A stretch of DNA of 64,000 nt from an uncultured Gammaproteobacteria bacterium (GTDB lineage: Bacteria; Pseudomonadota; Gammaproteobacteria; JACCXJ01): assembly GCA_963764725.1 (NCBI GenBank), contig CAVXTM010000010.1:32001-96000 (forward strand), read 5' to 3'. Position numbers and translations under genes: made by a program. The notes below the pieces were generated by a model, which saw only the letters and a list, made by a program, of their open reading frames with translations, was not told the origin of the DNA and ran no database searches. Of the stretch, positions 40,979 to 50,888 are shown piece after piece (positions within the stretch are counted from its first letter, which is position 1; each line of letters begins with the position of its first letter).

Positions 40979-41790
40979 TCACTTCCATGGCCATTGGGCC
41001 GAGCTTGCGAACTTGGGATCAGCCGGACCCAAGACTACGTGGTACTCGGGCGCGCCGAACTGTGCGAATAGGCGAAGAATGACGTGGATGTCCGTTCCGC
41101 TTGCGCGAAGTTTCATTGCATGTAGTCCCTTTGCTTCATTCTCGGGCTCGCCCGTCCATGACCCAACCCAATGGCCGACCGACGAGTCCTCGCCCAGGAT
41201 AACTCGACGGATTGGCGTTTTAGTAAAAGGTGCCAGACCGAGGACGTAGACCGCCGCGGTGAAAGCAATCTTTGCCAGGGTCCGGGTGAAGTTAAGCGGC
41301 GAGAAATTGAGGCGCGCACCCGCAAAGTCCGCGGCGCGTCGTCGAACGACTTCTTCGAACGACGGGCCGGCAAGATGAAGGAATTTCAGTTCGGTCGATA
41401 TTCCCCGAGACTGCGGTGCGTCAGTAAGGCAACCGGGCGGGGACAATATAGGAGTCGGCAGGTATAGCGGAAACTCGTTCGGTGGTACTTGGATCGTCCG
41501 CTGAACCCGTTCAACTCCAACACCAATGGAAGGCTCTTCGGACGTAGCTGTGGACGTCTAGTCTGCATGGCAAGGACCGTCCGAACCGGCGATAGGAGAC
41601 TCCGAAGGGTGTCACGTTCAAAACGATGCGTGATCTTCGCGCAGCGTGAGCAACTCGCCCGCAGAAGTGTCCATGGGCCATTCAGTCCGTACGGAATGGC
41701 ATGCTCCTTACCAAGGCCATTGGCAGAGGTGCCGCAGTAGATGCATTCGCCGATATCCGGTGCGTTACTCGGGACCGGAAGGTTCGCCAA
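40979..41790 (-). pseudogene. HNH endonuclease cassette gene, frameshifted
   Basis: CIYCG...EHAIPYGLNG...SCSRC; continues in another frame to 40979; cassette ends GTTAGGCATCA / TGATGCCTAAC. Confidence 0.75.
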
Positions 41791-41806
41791 GGTAATTTCC
41801 TATGAT

Positions 41807-41878
41807 GCCTAACGTAAACGCTCAGCCGCGGACAAGCCGCGTGGCGGGTTGTCCGTCGGCTGCAGCGCCTCGTTGGGC
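41807..41878 (-). other. attC site
   Basis: Minus strand GCCCAAC.AGGCGCTGCAGCCG...CGGCTGAGCG...GTTAGGC. Confidence 0.88.
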
Positions 41879-41906
41879 GGCTCGCGAACGCAGTACGCCT
41901 GCTCCG

Positions 41907-42185
41907 CTACTTTCCGCACTTGTGGGGCGACTCGCTCTCGATCTCTTCCACGACTCCACCCTCCATCTCGACTTCGGCGCACGCACCTACCTTGAGCGGG
42001 CCCCGGTCTTCGTCGAGCTCGGTCTTGTCGGTCACATCGACAGAGCGGTCTCCCACGGCCCATGTCCCAGCCTTTCCGTCGGGGCGACTCTTGATGTTTC
42101 CGTAGAAGTCGTCGTCCGCAATTGCGACCTGCGCGACGCTCTGGGCCATGAATGCACACGCAACGATTACGCAAAACTTCTTCAT
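41907..42185 (-). CDS. Small secreted beta-rich protein (DUF5666-like), first cassette
   Basis: Signal peptide MKKFCVIVACAF; G.W.VG...V.V...T...GPLKVGACAEVE. Confidence 0.7.
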   Translation of the reverse strand: MKKFCVIVACAFMAQSVAQVAIADDDFYGNIKSRPDGKAGTWAVGDRSVDVTDKTELDEDRGPLKVGACAEVEMEGGVVEEIESESPHKCGK

Positions 42186-42236
42186 GCTCTTTTCTCCTGT
42201 CTTAGACTCGCGGGGAAACGAGAGGCGCTCCGCACC

Positions 42237-42270
42237 GCCCAACTAATGATTAAGCGGTTCCGTATATCAT
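42237..42270 (-). other. Putative attI site
   Basis: Minus strand ...TTAATCATTAGTTGGGC; GTTGGGC is complementary to the GCCCAAC R'' box of the first attC; lies just upstream of the divergent integrase. Confidence 0.65.
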
Positions 42271-42380
42271 GCCGCCATTTGATATCACACGCCCCGGCTC
42301 GTGGCAATAACTATCTGTTTTGACTGGCGGCGCCTGTCTGTATAGCATACAGATCTTCAGGATAACTAGGCTAGGATGCC

Positions 42381-43049
42381 ATGCTCGAACCGTTCCCCAT
42401 CGAACTCTCCCGTCGCTACGAGAACGAGCTGAAGCAACGCGGGATCGCAACCCAACTCTGGGCTCCCTATACGAAGTGGCTGCGCTATTACTGGGATTTC
42501 TGCCATAAGTACGACTATCCGCCGAACGCCCGGCAGAGTTTTCCGCCGTTCGCCGCGAAACTCCGCAGTAAGCGGCAGTCCGATGTCCAGCGCAAGCAGG
42601 CGCAGCAAGCCATTTCACTCTACTACGCTTTTGTGGCGCCTGATCTTCGCGGCGGAACTGAGCCGCCCGGAGAAAGTGCGGTGCAGCATTCGAACCAGGC
42701 TCCTGCGGCTGACGCGGATGCTTCGCACCCGCTTAAAAAAATCGTCATGAGCGCACCGGCGGTTGACCCTATCCATAGAACGCCGCCGGACAAACGACAA
42801 GACCAAAAGCCAGGCCAATCGCAGGATTCTTTGCAACGAAATCTGCGGGAGAGCCACGTCGCAGGGGTTCAACCTCCACGCGCTACGGGGGAACGTTTGA
42901 TCGTCCCTGCTGAGCAAACTATTTCGCGGCCAGCAGCGAGTTCAAAATGGACGGGTGCGAGTTGGGTGGCGGTTTACGATCGGCTGCACGCCGCTATCAA
43001 AAACGGCGGCAATCGTGGTATTGAATGTCTCTTTATGGGACCAGCCTAG
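42381..43049 (+). pseudogene. intI: Integron integrase N-terminal part, truncated before the catalytic domain
   Basis: YTKWLRYYWDFCHKY...QAQQAISLYY...ASW..VYDRL..AIK, the N-terminal extension of long IntI proteins; divergent to an attC array; breaks off where RHYS is expected. Confidence 0.7.
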
Positions 43050-43061
43050 TGACTCTTTATG

Positions 43062-43165
43062 GCCGATAGCCGAAATCTCAAACTGAGACACTACCTGTGA
43101 TGACGACGGCGCTGCGCCCATTAGCCAAAGTAGCGTGCGCCGTGCCCACGAGCTATGATTTCTCG
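43062..43165. repeat. Second right IR (ends 43095), TGTGATGA (43096-43103) and flank; homologous to 29194-29295
   Basis: GCCGATAGCCGAAAT..CAAACTGAGACACTACC TGTGATGA...CCCATTAGCCAA.GTAGCGTGCGCCGTGC. Confidence 0.88.
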
Positions 43166-43188
43166 ATAGCGGCTTGCCGCCAATGCGT

Positions 43189-44877
43189 TCAATCCCGATC
43201 CGCGCGCCAGATAGAAACGATGATCCATACGCTGTTGCAGAAGGCCATCACGTAGCCGAGCAAACCGAGCACGGTGAACAGCGGCATCCCGAACAGGGTC
43301 GGACCCCGGGGGACGGTCATCACGATCGAAGACCCGACTACGAGCGAGGCGGTCATGATCCCGATGGTGATGCGATCGATGGTGTGATCGAGGCGCCGGC
43401 CGAAGCTGTCCAAGCGCTTGAGATCGAGGTCCACCCGCATCCTGCCCCGGCGTAGGTCCTTGAACAACCGGGCGAGGTCCCGCGGGACGGCGCTGACCAT
43501 GTTGAACATCTGCGCCAGGCTGTTCTGCCCACGCTTGATGAGCGCGGCCGGCTCATAGCGTTCGGCGACGGCCCGCTCGAGAAAGGGCCCGAGATGGTCG
43601 ATGAGCCGGAACTCCGGATCGTACTGGCGCCCGAGCCCCTCGAGCGTGATGAGGGCCTTGAACATGAGGGTGAGGTCCGCAGGCAGCACGATTGAATGCT
43701 CGCGCATGATGCCGTGCACCTGGCGCAGGAGCGTGGCGATGCGGACGTCCTTCAGCGGGACATCCGCATAATCGAGTACGAGCTCACCCATATCCGCGGC
43801 AAGCTTGGCCTCATCCACGTAGGCGTCGCCCGTCCAGTCGAGGATCACCTCCGTGATGCCTTCATCGTCGCGGCCTGCGATTCCGGAGAGGAGGTCTACG
43901 ATTTGATTGCGGCGGAAATGCGTCAGCCGCCCGACCATGCCGAAGTCGATCATGACGATGCGGTTGCCCGGTAGGTAGAATACGTTGCCCGGGTGAGGGT
44001 CGGCGTGGAAGAAGCCGTCAACCAGGATCATCCTGAGCACTGTATCCGCGCCGCGCGAGGCGAGCAGCCTGCGGTCGAGGCCCGCCGCTTCGATTGCGCG
44101 GAGATCATTGCCGGGAATAGCCTCGATATACTCCTGCACGTTCATCACCGGGCTGGTCCACTCCCAATACACGCGCGGCACCAGCACCTCGGGGTCCTCG
44201 GCGAAGTTCTTGGCGAATCGATCGATGTTGCGCGCCTCGACCGCCAGATCGAGCTCGCGTTCGAGGGAGCGGGAAAACTGGGCGAGGATCTGGGTCGGTT
44301 GGTAACGCCGCACCTCCGGGATCTCCGCTTCGAGTAAGGCGGCGATGTGAGTGAGGATGCGGATGTCCGCCTCGACCGTCGCCTGGATCCCCGGGCGGCG
44401 GATCTTGAGCACCACCGGCGCGCCGTTCGGCAGGCGAGCCCGATGGACCTGGGCGATGGACGCCGAGGCGTAGGCCGCGGTATCGAGATCAACAAATACT
44501 TCCTGAGGACGCCTGCCTAGCGCTTTTTCCACCTCGGGAAGCAGTTCGCCGAAGGCCACCGGCGCGACGCCGCTCTGCAGTCGTTCGAACTCCGCGATCC
44601 ACTTCGGCGGGAACAGGTCTTCCCGTGTCGAAAGCACTTGGCCTAGCTTGACGAAGGTCGGGCCTAGCTCTTCCAGAGCGACCCGTATGCGCTCTGGCGG
44701 CTCCAAGTGAGTCGATTCGGAGGCCTCTCCCCAGTGCAGGATCTGGCCGGCGCGTTCCAGCACTGTCCCGATCCCCACCCGGCGGACGAGGTCGCCGAGC
44801 CCGTGCCGGATAAGGACCGAGGTGATCTGGTGCAGGCGCGGAAGATCCCGCCCTGCGCCGAAGGCCCCCCAGATCAC
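43189..44877 (-). CDS. ABC1/AarF/UbiB family kinase-like protein
   Basis: LGPTFVKLGQ, SASIAQVH, FFHADPHPGN, IDFGMVG. Confidence 0.92.
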   Translation of the reverse strand: MIWGAFGAGRDLPRLHQITSVLIRHGLGDLVRRVGIGTVLERAGQILHWGEASESTHLEPPERIRVALEELGPTFVKLGQVLSTREDLFPPKWIAEFERLQSGVAPVAFGELLPEVEKALGRRPQEVFVDLDTAAYASASIAQVHRARLPNGAPVVLKIRRPGIQATVEADIRILTHIAALLEAEIPEVRRYQPTQILAQFSRSLERELDLAVEARNIDRFAKNFAEDPEVLVPRVYWEWTSPVMNVQEYIEAIPGNDLRAIEAAGLDRRLLASRGADTVLRMILVDGFFHADPHPGNVFYLPGNRIVMIDFGMVGRLTHFRRNQIVDLLSGIAGRDDEGITEVILDWTGDAYVDEAKLAADMGELVLDYADVPLKDVRIATLLRQVHGIMREHSIVLPADLTLMFKALITLEGLGRQYDPEFRLIDHLGPFLERAVAERYEPAALIKRGQNSLAQMFNMVSAVPRDLARLFKDLRRGRMRVDLDLKRLDSFGRRLDHTIDRITIGIMTASLVVGSSIVMTVPRGPTLFGMPLFTVLGLLGYVMAFCNSVWIIVSIWRADRD

Positions 44878-44885
44878 CGGCCGGC

Positions 44886-45542
44886 CTACTTGCTCGCAGC
44901 GGGCCCCGACTGCTCGCGCAGCGCGTCGGCGATGCCGGCGAGGACACCGCTCGCGAGCAGCGTCATACGCACGCCGTAGTCGCGCGCCGCATCGAATCCA
45001 GCGGAGGCGCCCTCGCGCGACACCGAGGTCAAGCGACTCGCGAACTCAGTCATGACTGCGGCCACGCGCGCGCTGGCGTCCACCCCGATCTGCTGCGCAT
45101 GCACCGCAAGCTCCCGCAGCTCGCGCTGGATGTTGCCACTCGCGGCTTCCGCCACGCGGTTGGCGGTCGCTACGTAAGCCCCCTGGAGCTCCTTCAGCCT
45201 GGCGAAAGTTTCTTTCAGATCATTGTCGGTGAAACCGGTTCCCTTCGAGCCGAGTTGCCGGAGCGCGACGTGCGCCGCTTCGGCGGCTCGCATGAGCGCC
45301 TCATCCAAACCCTGCACCGCCTCGGCCAACCCTCGCCTCGCATCGGCCGCCTGCGGTTCCGCAGCGGCGCTCGATCCGGGGGTCATGGCCTGTACCACCT
45401 CCTTCACTTCTTCGGGATCCAGGTGACCGCCTTTCAGGACCTGTGACGTGAGATCGCGCACCCTGTCCCGTATCTCCGCATCCGGCCCTGGCCCACTCGA
45501 AACCGGTGAAGCTTGCGCTGCTTGTGATTCTTTATCTACCAT
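44886..45542 (-). CDS. Alanine-rich helical hypothetical protein (phasin-like), co-transcribed with the ABC1 kinase
   Basis: 8-bp gap to next gene; GGAGG RBS; amphipathic helices; ASGVLAGIADAL end. Confidence 0.7.
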   Translation of the reverse strand: MVDKESQAAQASPVSSGPGPDAEIRDRVRDLTSQVLKGGHLDPEEVKEVVQAMTPGSSAAAEPQAADARRGLAEAVQGLDEALMRAAEAAHVALRQLGSKGTGFTDNDLKETFARLKELQGAYVATANRVAEAASGNIQRELRELAVHAQQIGVDASARVAAVMTEFASRLTSVSREGASAGFDAARDYGVRMTLLASGVLAGIADALREQSGPAASK

Positions 45543-45859
45543 GACGCACCTCCTCGGTAACCGACAAGTCGCTTCAGCCCACGGACCAGTTTACGCCGCA
45601 GGGCGCTCGATGCAAGCCTGCGAAACAAGGACTGTGCGTGCGTAACCACGGTGACGCCATGGGCAGTTCCGGTCGTTCGTTGACCTCATTGGCCGGTATG
45701 GCGATACCCGCTCCACCGAGATGGGAGCGCCCTGGTCTTGAGGGGGAACATCGAAGACCCTCCAGTGGTCATAAATCATACTATAACTTGCTCCGAGGGA
45801 GCGTCGTGGCGTAAGGATGCGAAGCTCGCGCCGGTGCGAGGTGCGTATGAGGTTTCGGT

Positions 45860-47371
45860 ATGGCTAGCGCGAATCAACCGATCCTGCAAAAACTGCATGA
45901 GGAGTACTATTTCAGGCTGGTCGAGATGGCACCTGACGCGATCCTCATCAATAAGGAGAGTCGCATCGGCGATGGGCAGAGGAAGTGGAGCGTGGCCTAC
46001 ATCAATCCTGCGGGATTGAGGCTGCTGGGGGCCACAGATCCACAGCAGATCCTCGGGAAATTCCCGCTGGAGACCGTACATCCGGATTACCATCCAATGG
46101 TGCAGGCGCACTGCGAGCGCGTGCTCAAAGACGGAGGCCACTCACCCCTCTGTGAACAGAAATGGGTGCGGCTCGATGGCAGCGCCGTCGATGTCGAGGT
46201 AGCCTCCTCGGCCTATTGGGACGGGGACGGTTTCGCCATTCAGGTGATAGCGCGCGACATCACTGAGCGTAAAGAGGCGGAAACACGTTTTCGTACTCTG
46301 GTCGAACAAATCCCCGCGATTACATATATCTCAACCTATGGGCTCAACATCCGGGACATCCAGGCCATCTATGAAAGTCCCCAGATCGAGGCGTCGTTCG
46401 GATTCGCCGTCGAGGAATGGTATGCGCGCCCGAACCTCTGGCCGGAGCAGCTATATCCCGAAGATAAGGCGCGGGCGCTGGCTGCGTTTCGACGCACTTA
46501 CGACGAGCTTATCCCGTTCAGCGAAGACTACCGGTTGGTAACCAAAGACGGCGGTGTCTTGTGGGTGCACGACGAGACCCGAGTGGTCCGAGACGAATCG
46601 GGGGCGCCAAAGTGGATCCAAGGGGTGATGCTCGACATCACCGAGCGCAAGCGCGCCGAGCAAACCCTGCGGGAGAGCGAGAGGCGTTACCAGGCGCTGG
46701 CGCGCAAGCTCGTGACCGCGCAGGAAGAGGAACGGCGCCGCGTCGCTCGGGAGCTGCACGATCAGCTGGGACAGCACCTCACGGCGCTGCAGCTTGGACT
46801 CAAGTCACTGGAGAACGCCCTGTTGGACCGCCCGTCTGCGCGGGATTGCTTGGATAAGATGAAGGCCATCACCGAGGAGATCGACCAGGAGATCGATCAG
46901 CTCGCCTTAGAGCTGCGCCCCGCCGCGCTGGATGACCTCGGCTTATATGCGGTTGTGGTGAATTACATCGAGGAGTGGTCAGCGCGGAGCGGGATCCCGG
47001 TGGATTTTCACGGCCGTGGGTTTGACCAAAAGCGCTTGCCATCCGACCTCGAAATCGTGATGTACCGGGCGATCCAGGAGGCCTTAACCAACGTGCTCAA
47101 ACATGCGGCGGCCAAGCATGTGGGCGTTATTTTGGGGTGTCGCGATAACGAGGTATATGCCATCATCGAGGATGATGGCTGCGGCTTCGACGTCGAAGCC
47201 ATCCGCCATGGGCCTGTGCGGGATCGCAGGTTGGGTTTGCTCGGCATGCAGGAACGCATGGAGTCGGTGGCCGGCACGTGTCAGATAGAAGCCACACCGG
47301 GCATGGGTACCACGGTGTTCCTCCGGGTTCCGTTGATGGAGGCTTTCCCCGAAATCCTGAAGCATGAATAA
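45860..47371 (+). CDS. Cytoplasmic PAS-PAS sensor histidine kinase (HisKA_3 type)
   Basis: Two PAS/PAC domains, EERRRVARELHD, QEALTNV.KH, DDGCGF, GLLGMQER. Confidence 0.92.
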   Translation: MASANQPILQKLHEEYYFRLVEMAPDAILINKESRIGDGQRKWSVAYINPAGLRLLGATDPQQILGKFPLETVHPDYHPMVQAHCERVLKDGGHSPLCEQKWVRLDGSAVDVEVASSAYWDGDGFAIQVIARDITERKEAETRFRTLVEQIPAITYISTYGLNIRDIQAIYESPQIEASFGFAVEEWYARPNLWPEQLYPEDKARALAAFRRTYDELIPFSEDYRLVTKDGGVLWVHDETRVVRDESGAPKWIQGVMLDITERKRAEQTLRESERRYQALARKLVTAQEEERRRVARELHDQLGQHLTALQLGLKSLENALLDRPSARDCLDKMKAITEEIDQEIDQLALELRPAALDDLGLYAVVVNYIEEWSARSGIPVDFHGRGFDQKRLPSDLEIVMYRAIQEALTNVLKHAAAKHVGVILGCRDNEVYAIIEDDGCGFDVEAIRHGPVRDRRLGLLGMQERMESVAGTCQIEATPGMGTTVFLRVPLMEAFPEILKHE

Positions 47372-48017
47372 ACTGCGCGTTTTTCTGGTCGACGATCACG
47401 CGGCGATGCGGGAAGGGCTGCGATTACTGCTTGTCGCGCAGCCCGACATGGAGGTGGTAGGCCAGGCGGGCGATGGCCGCAGCGCTCTGGAGCAGGTGGC
47501 GGCAACCCGGCCCGATGTGGTGGTGATGGACATCGCCTTGCCCGGGTTAAATGGGGTTCAGCTCACAGCGCAGCTCAAGCAAGCCTACCCAAACATGCAT
47601 GTGCTCGCGCTCACTCGCCATCGCGAGCTCGGCTATCTACGTCAGATCATGCACGCCGGCGCCTCAGGCTATGTCCTCAAGCAGGCGGCCGCGGAAGCCC
47701 TCATTAACGCCCTCCGTACCGTGGCGCGAGGAGAAACCTATCTCGATCCGGCTGTAGCCGGCCGGGTCGTCCATAGCTATCTGGGGCACACGGCCGCGCG
47801 AGAGATCTCTCACCATACCGAGCTCAGCGAACGTGAGGAGGAAGTGATGCGCCTCATCGCCTCGGGTAGGAGCAATAAAGAGATTGCGGCCCAAATCGGC
47901 ATCAGCGTTAAAACCATCGAATATCACAAAGCGCAGTCCATGAAGAAGCTCGAGCTGCGCAGCCGTGCAGATATCATCCGCTATGGCGTACAACAAGGCT
48001 GGCTACAGGAGCTATAA
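47364..48017 (+). CDS. NarL/LuxR-family response regulator
   Basis: LVDDH, VMDIALP, GYVLK, LSEREEEV...SNKEIA. Confidence 0.93.
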   Translation: MNKLRVFLVDDHAAMREGLRLLLVAQPDMEVVGQAGDGRSALEQVAATRPDVVVMDIALPGLNGVQLTAQLKQAYPNMHVLALTRHRELGYLRQIMHAGASGYVLKQAAAEALINALRTVARGETYLDPAVAGRVVHSYLGHTAAREISHHTELSEREEEVMRLIASGRSNKEIAAQIGISVKTIEYHKAQSMKKLELRSRADIIRYGVQQGWLQEL

Positions 48018-48061
48018 ACGCCTCGTCTGGCGCGTGGGTGTGACCACCGCCCTGCCTTAGT

Positions 48062-48085
48062 AAAACCCTAGCCGATTAGGGTTTT
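48062..48085. promoter_or_regulatory. Palindromic putative regulator binding site upstream of desaturase
   Basis: AAAACCCTA-N6-TAGGGTTTT perfect 9-bp inverted repeat. Confidence 0.45.
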
Positions 48086-48252
48086 TCCTGGTCCGTTCTG
48101 CCCCTTCTCCTGATGGCAGAGACGGCGCCGCAGTGTCATAAGTAATATTGTTGCATAACGTTTAGCCTAAAAGTGTGGAGTGCCAACGCTAGTAGGCGCT
48201 ATCCGCATGCCACCTGATTTCTGGAGCATGGTGAAGGGATGGTGGGAAAACC

Positions 48253-49215
48253 GTGAAACGCACCTTCTTTATGATATTACTTTTGACGATCGGAGTTCTT
48301 CCGGCAACGCTTGCGGAGACCGTTCACGCGATGCCCGCGTCCACCGCAAGGAATTCCCTGACGTTCGTGGTCTTAGCTGTGCTCGCGGTGTATCTGACGT
48401 TGGAAGCGCTCTTCCCTCATTTGAAGCCGAAACGACGAACATTAAAGAACTCCTACCAGACCAACGCCTGCACGTTCCTGTTCAACAATATCACGTTGCC
48501 TCTATTGTCAGTTTCTTCGTTATATTATGTCGCGCAATCTTACTCGCACGTTGGGCTCCTCAGTCGAGTCGACGATAGTCTCTTTAAGTGGTGTATCTCT
48601 TTTGTGCTGCTCGATCTCGCCTTCTACTGGTGGCACTACGCCAATCACAAGCTCTCCTTCCTGTGGGTGTTCCATAAGGTGCACCACAGCGATAGAACCA
48701 TGAATGTTTCTACCGGTGTACGCTTTCACATCGGCGAGATGCTGCTTACGGTCCTGCTCAAATCGGCCTTTATCGTCGTTATCGGTGTCAGCGCTCAAGT
48801 CGTTTTGATCAATGAGGCCATTCTCACGCTGTTCGTGCTGTTTCACCATACCAATATCGCGTTCAGAGGCGAAACCTGGCTCTCGAGAATCCTGGTCGTG
48901 CCAAAACTGCATCGGCTCCATCACTCGGCGCGAAGGGATGAGCACGATAGCAATTATGGGTGCGTGTTCTCCCTCTGGGACAGGGCATTCGGAACCATTA
49001 AAGAGGCGGTACCCGCAGATATGGGTTTGATGGGCGTCAACGAGCAGAGCTTTATCGAACTTCTAAATTTCGGGTTCATGGCGACCGGACCCGGGTTTCG
49101 ACCCTCGACTAGTCGCCCGGCGAGCCACGTAGAGCGGATGCGAAGGCGCGGAGCCTGCGACAGCCGCGAGTGGGCATCCACAGGGAAGTCTCAAGCGAGG
49201 GTCGCGCAATGCTAG
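48253..49215 (+). CDS. Sterol desaturase / fatty acid hydroxylase family protein
   Basis: His boxes HYANH, HKVHH, HRLHH; NYG...WDRAFGT. Confidence 0.9.
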   Translation: MKRTFFMILLLTIGVLPATLAETVHAMPASTARNSLTFVVLAVLAVYLTLEALFPHLKPKRRTLKNSYQTNACTFLFNNITLPLLSVSSLYYVAQSYSHVGLLSRVDDSLFKWCISFVLLDLAFYWWHYANHKLSFLWVFHKVHHSDRTMNVSTGVRFHIGEMLLTVLLKSAFIVVIGVSAQVVLINEAILTLFVLFHHTNIAFRGETWLSRILVVPKLHRLHHSARRDEHDSNYGCVFSLWDRAFGTIKEAVPADMGLMGVNEQSFIELLNFGFMATGPGFRPSTSRPASHVERMRRRGACDSREWASTGKSQARVAQC

Positions 49216-49266
49216 TGGCTGCCTGTGGAACGGTCGATGACATGTATCCGACGCAGGGCATCTGTT

Positions 49267-50454
49267 ATGACAACGGAATCGATCAAACACCGCTTAACCA
49301 CCGATGAGCACTTATCCGAAGCGCCCGCTGAAGCTGGGTCGGCGCCTTCGACTCACCGATTATCCACAAGAGGGAGTGCGCACAGAGCGCTGATACGGCT
49401 CGCGGTGGCGGCGAGCTTGTTGGCGCTCGTGTGGGTGTCGCTGACATCTCACCGCAACTTCTGGGAATTCGTCAGGGCAACAGACCAGATCTCCCACGCG
49501 AATCGAGTGCTGCGAGCGGCCCAGCATCTCTTGAACTTGGAGCAGGAAGCCGAGATCGGGGTGCGTGGATTTCACATCACCGGCCAAGACCGCTACCTCG
49601 CCCCATACCGTAAAGTGCAACGCGATATGCCCGCGGCCTTGGACATGTTGCGCGAGCTCACCGCCCCAGACGCCGCTCAAAGAGGCCGGTTCGAGACCCT
49701 GGAACCTTTGTTTAACATACGGATGGAGATGCGGGAGCGCGAGATCGGAGCACGACGTGCGGGGGGCATCGACCTTGCTGAAATAGCGCTCGCAACGAAA
49801 GAGGATCGGTACAAGGTGGACCGCGTCCGCATGCTCTTGACCGAGATCCAGCACGCAGCCGAAAAAACTCTGACTGAAAGGCACGCCGCGGCGTTGCAGA
49901 ATGAACAGCGCTCTCTCTACCTGTTTATCATAGCCAACCTGCTGGTCCTCGCGGTAATCGCCTACCTGCTCGTCTCTCGCGAACGGGCCATACGGGGGCG
50001 AGAGGCCCAGGCGCGGCGGGAGAGCGAACAAAGATTTGGGCAGATGGCGGCTATTACCGGCGAATGGCTGTGGGAGCAAGACCCAGAGGGTAGATTTATG
50101 TACAGTAACTCAGCGGTCAAAGAGATCCTGGGCTACGAACCTGAGGAGATACTAGGCCGATATTACTTCGACCTCTTTACGCCGGTCGAGCGAAAGCGCG
50201 TCACAGAGGCCGCATATAGCGCCGATTCGCTAACCCGCTTCGTCCGGCTCCTCAACCGCTATCAACATAAAGACGGTCACGAGGTCGTCGCCGAATCGAC
50301 CGGTATACCGCTACGCGGTGCAGGCGGCAACATCGTAAAGTGGCGTGGTGTCGACCGCGACATTACCGTGCATAAGTGGTTTGAAAACGCCCTCCGGCAG
50401 AGTGAAGAGCGGGTTCGAATGATGCAGCAAGAGGTACCATCGAAGGGTGTGTAA
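49267..50454 (+). CDS. CHASE3-PAS sensor protein, probably truncated (no output domain)
   Basis: TM, E.GVRGF.ITG..RYLAPY CHASE3, TM, PAS/PAC, ends after ALRQSEER linker. Confidence 0.75.
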   Translation: MTTESIKHRLTTDEHLSEAPAEAGSAPSTHRLSTRGSAHRALIRLAVAASLLALVWVSLTSHRNFWEFVRATDQISHANRVLRAAQHLLNLEQEAEIGVRGFHITGQDRYLAPYRKVQRDMPAALDMLRELTAPDAAQRGRFETLEPLFNIRMEMREREIGARRAGGIDLAEIALATKEDRYKVDRVRMLLTEIQHAAEKTLTERHAAALQNEQRSLYLFIIANLLVLAVIAYLLVSRERAIRGREAQARRESEQRFGQMAAITGEWLWEQDPEGRFMYSNSAVKEILGYEPEEILGRYYFDLFTPVERKRVTEAAYSADSLTRFVRLLNRYQHKDGHEVVAESTGIPLRGAGGNIVKWRGVDRDITVHKWFENALRQSEERVRMMQQEVPSKGV

Positions 50455-50661
50455 AAAGGTGAAGGCGATGTACTCTACGTAAACTCGCGTTGAGCTGGGG
50501 GACGGTCGCGCTTGAGAGGCCGCGGGTACGAGGAGTAGAGGAGCGTTTTGAGAGTCAGCCGCACCGCCGAAAACCTTTCTCTCTTTGCGCATCGATATTG
50601 AGTTTCTACATAGCACCAACCTCACCGGGCGCGGCGATAGGAGGGCGCCGATGAAGCGTGG

Positions 50662-50877
50662 TTATGCGGCCTCGATTTCGACCAACTCGCTCGTTGACGA
50701 AGGATAAGGAATAGGCTCTCCACCCTCCTTGATGTCAGCGAGATGCAGTTCGATGGCCTCTCGAATGAGGGTAAGAACCTCTTCCTTTGTTTCCCCAGCA
50801 GCGATACAACCGGGGAGGTCGGGCACATACGCACCAAACGAAGTCGGTCCTTCTTCAACAACAACCAAGTAACGCAT
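50662..50877 (-). CDS. hicB: HicB family antitoxin
   Basis: AYVPDLPGCIAAGET.EE....IREAIELH. Confidence 0.9.
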   Translation of the reverse strand: MRYLVVVEEGPTSFGAYVPDLPGCIAAGETKEEVLTLIREAIELHLADIKEGGEPIPYPSSTSELVEIEAA

Positions 50878-50888
50878 TCTTGATACCC

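Noticed and set aside
17413-49215. A single oxylipin pathway linking the peroxidase, catalase-like protein and desaturase
   Set aside because: The genes are more than 12 kb apart in separately acquired segments; no sequence evidence of linkage.
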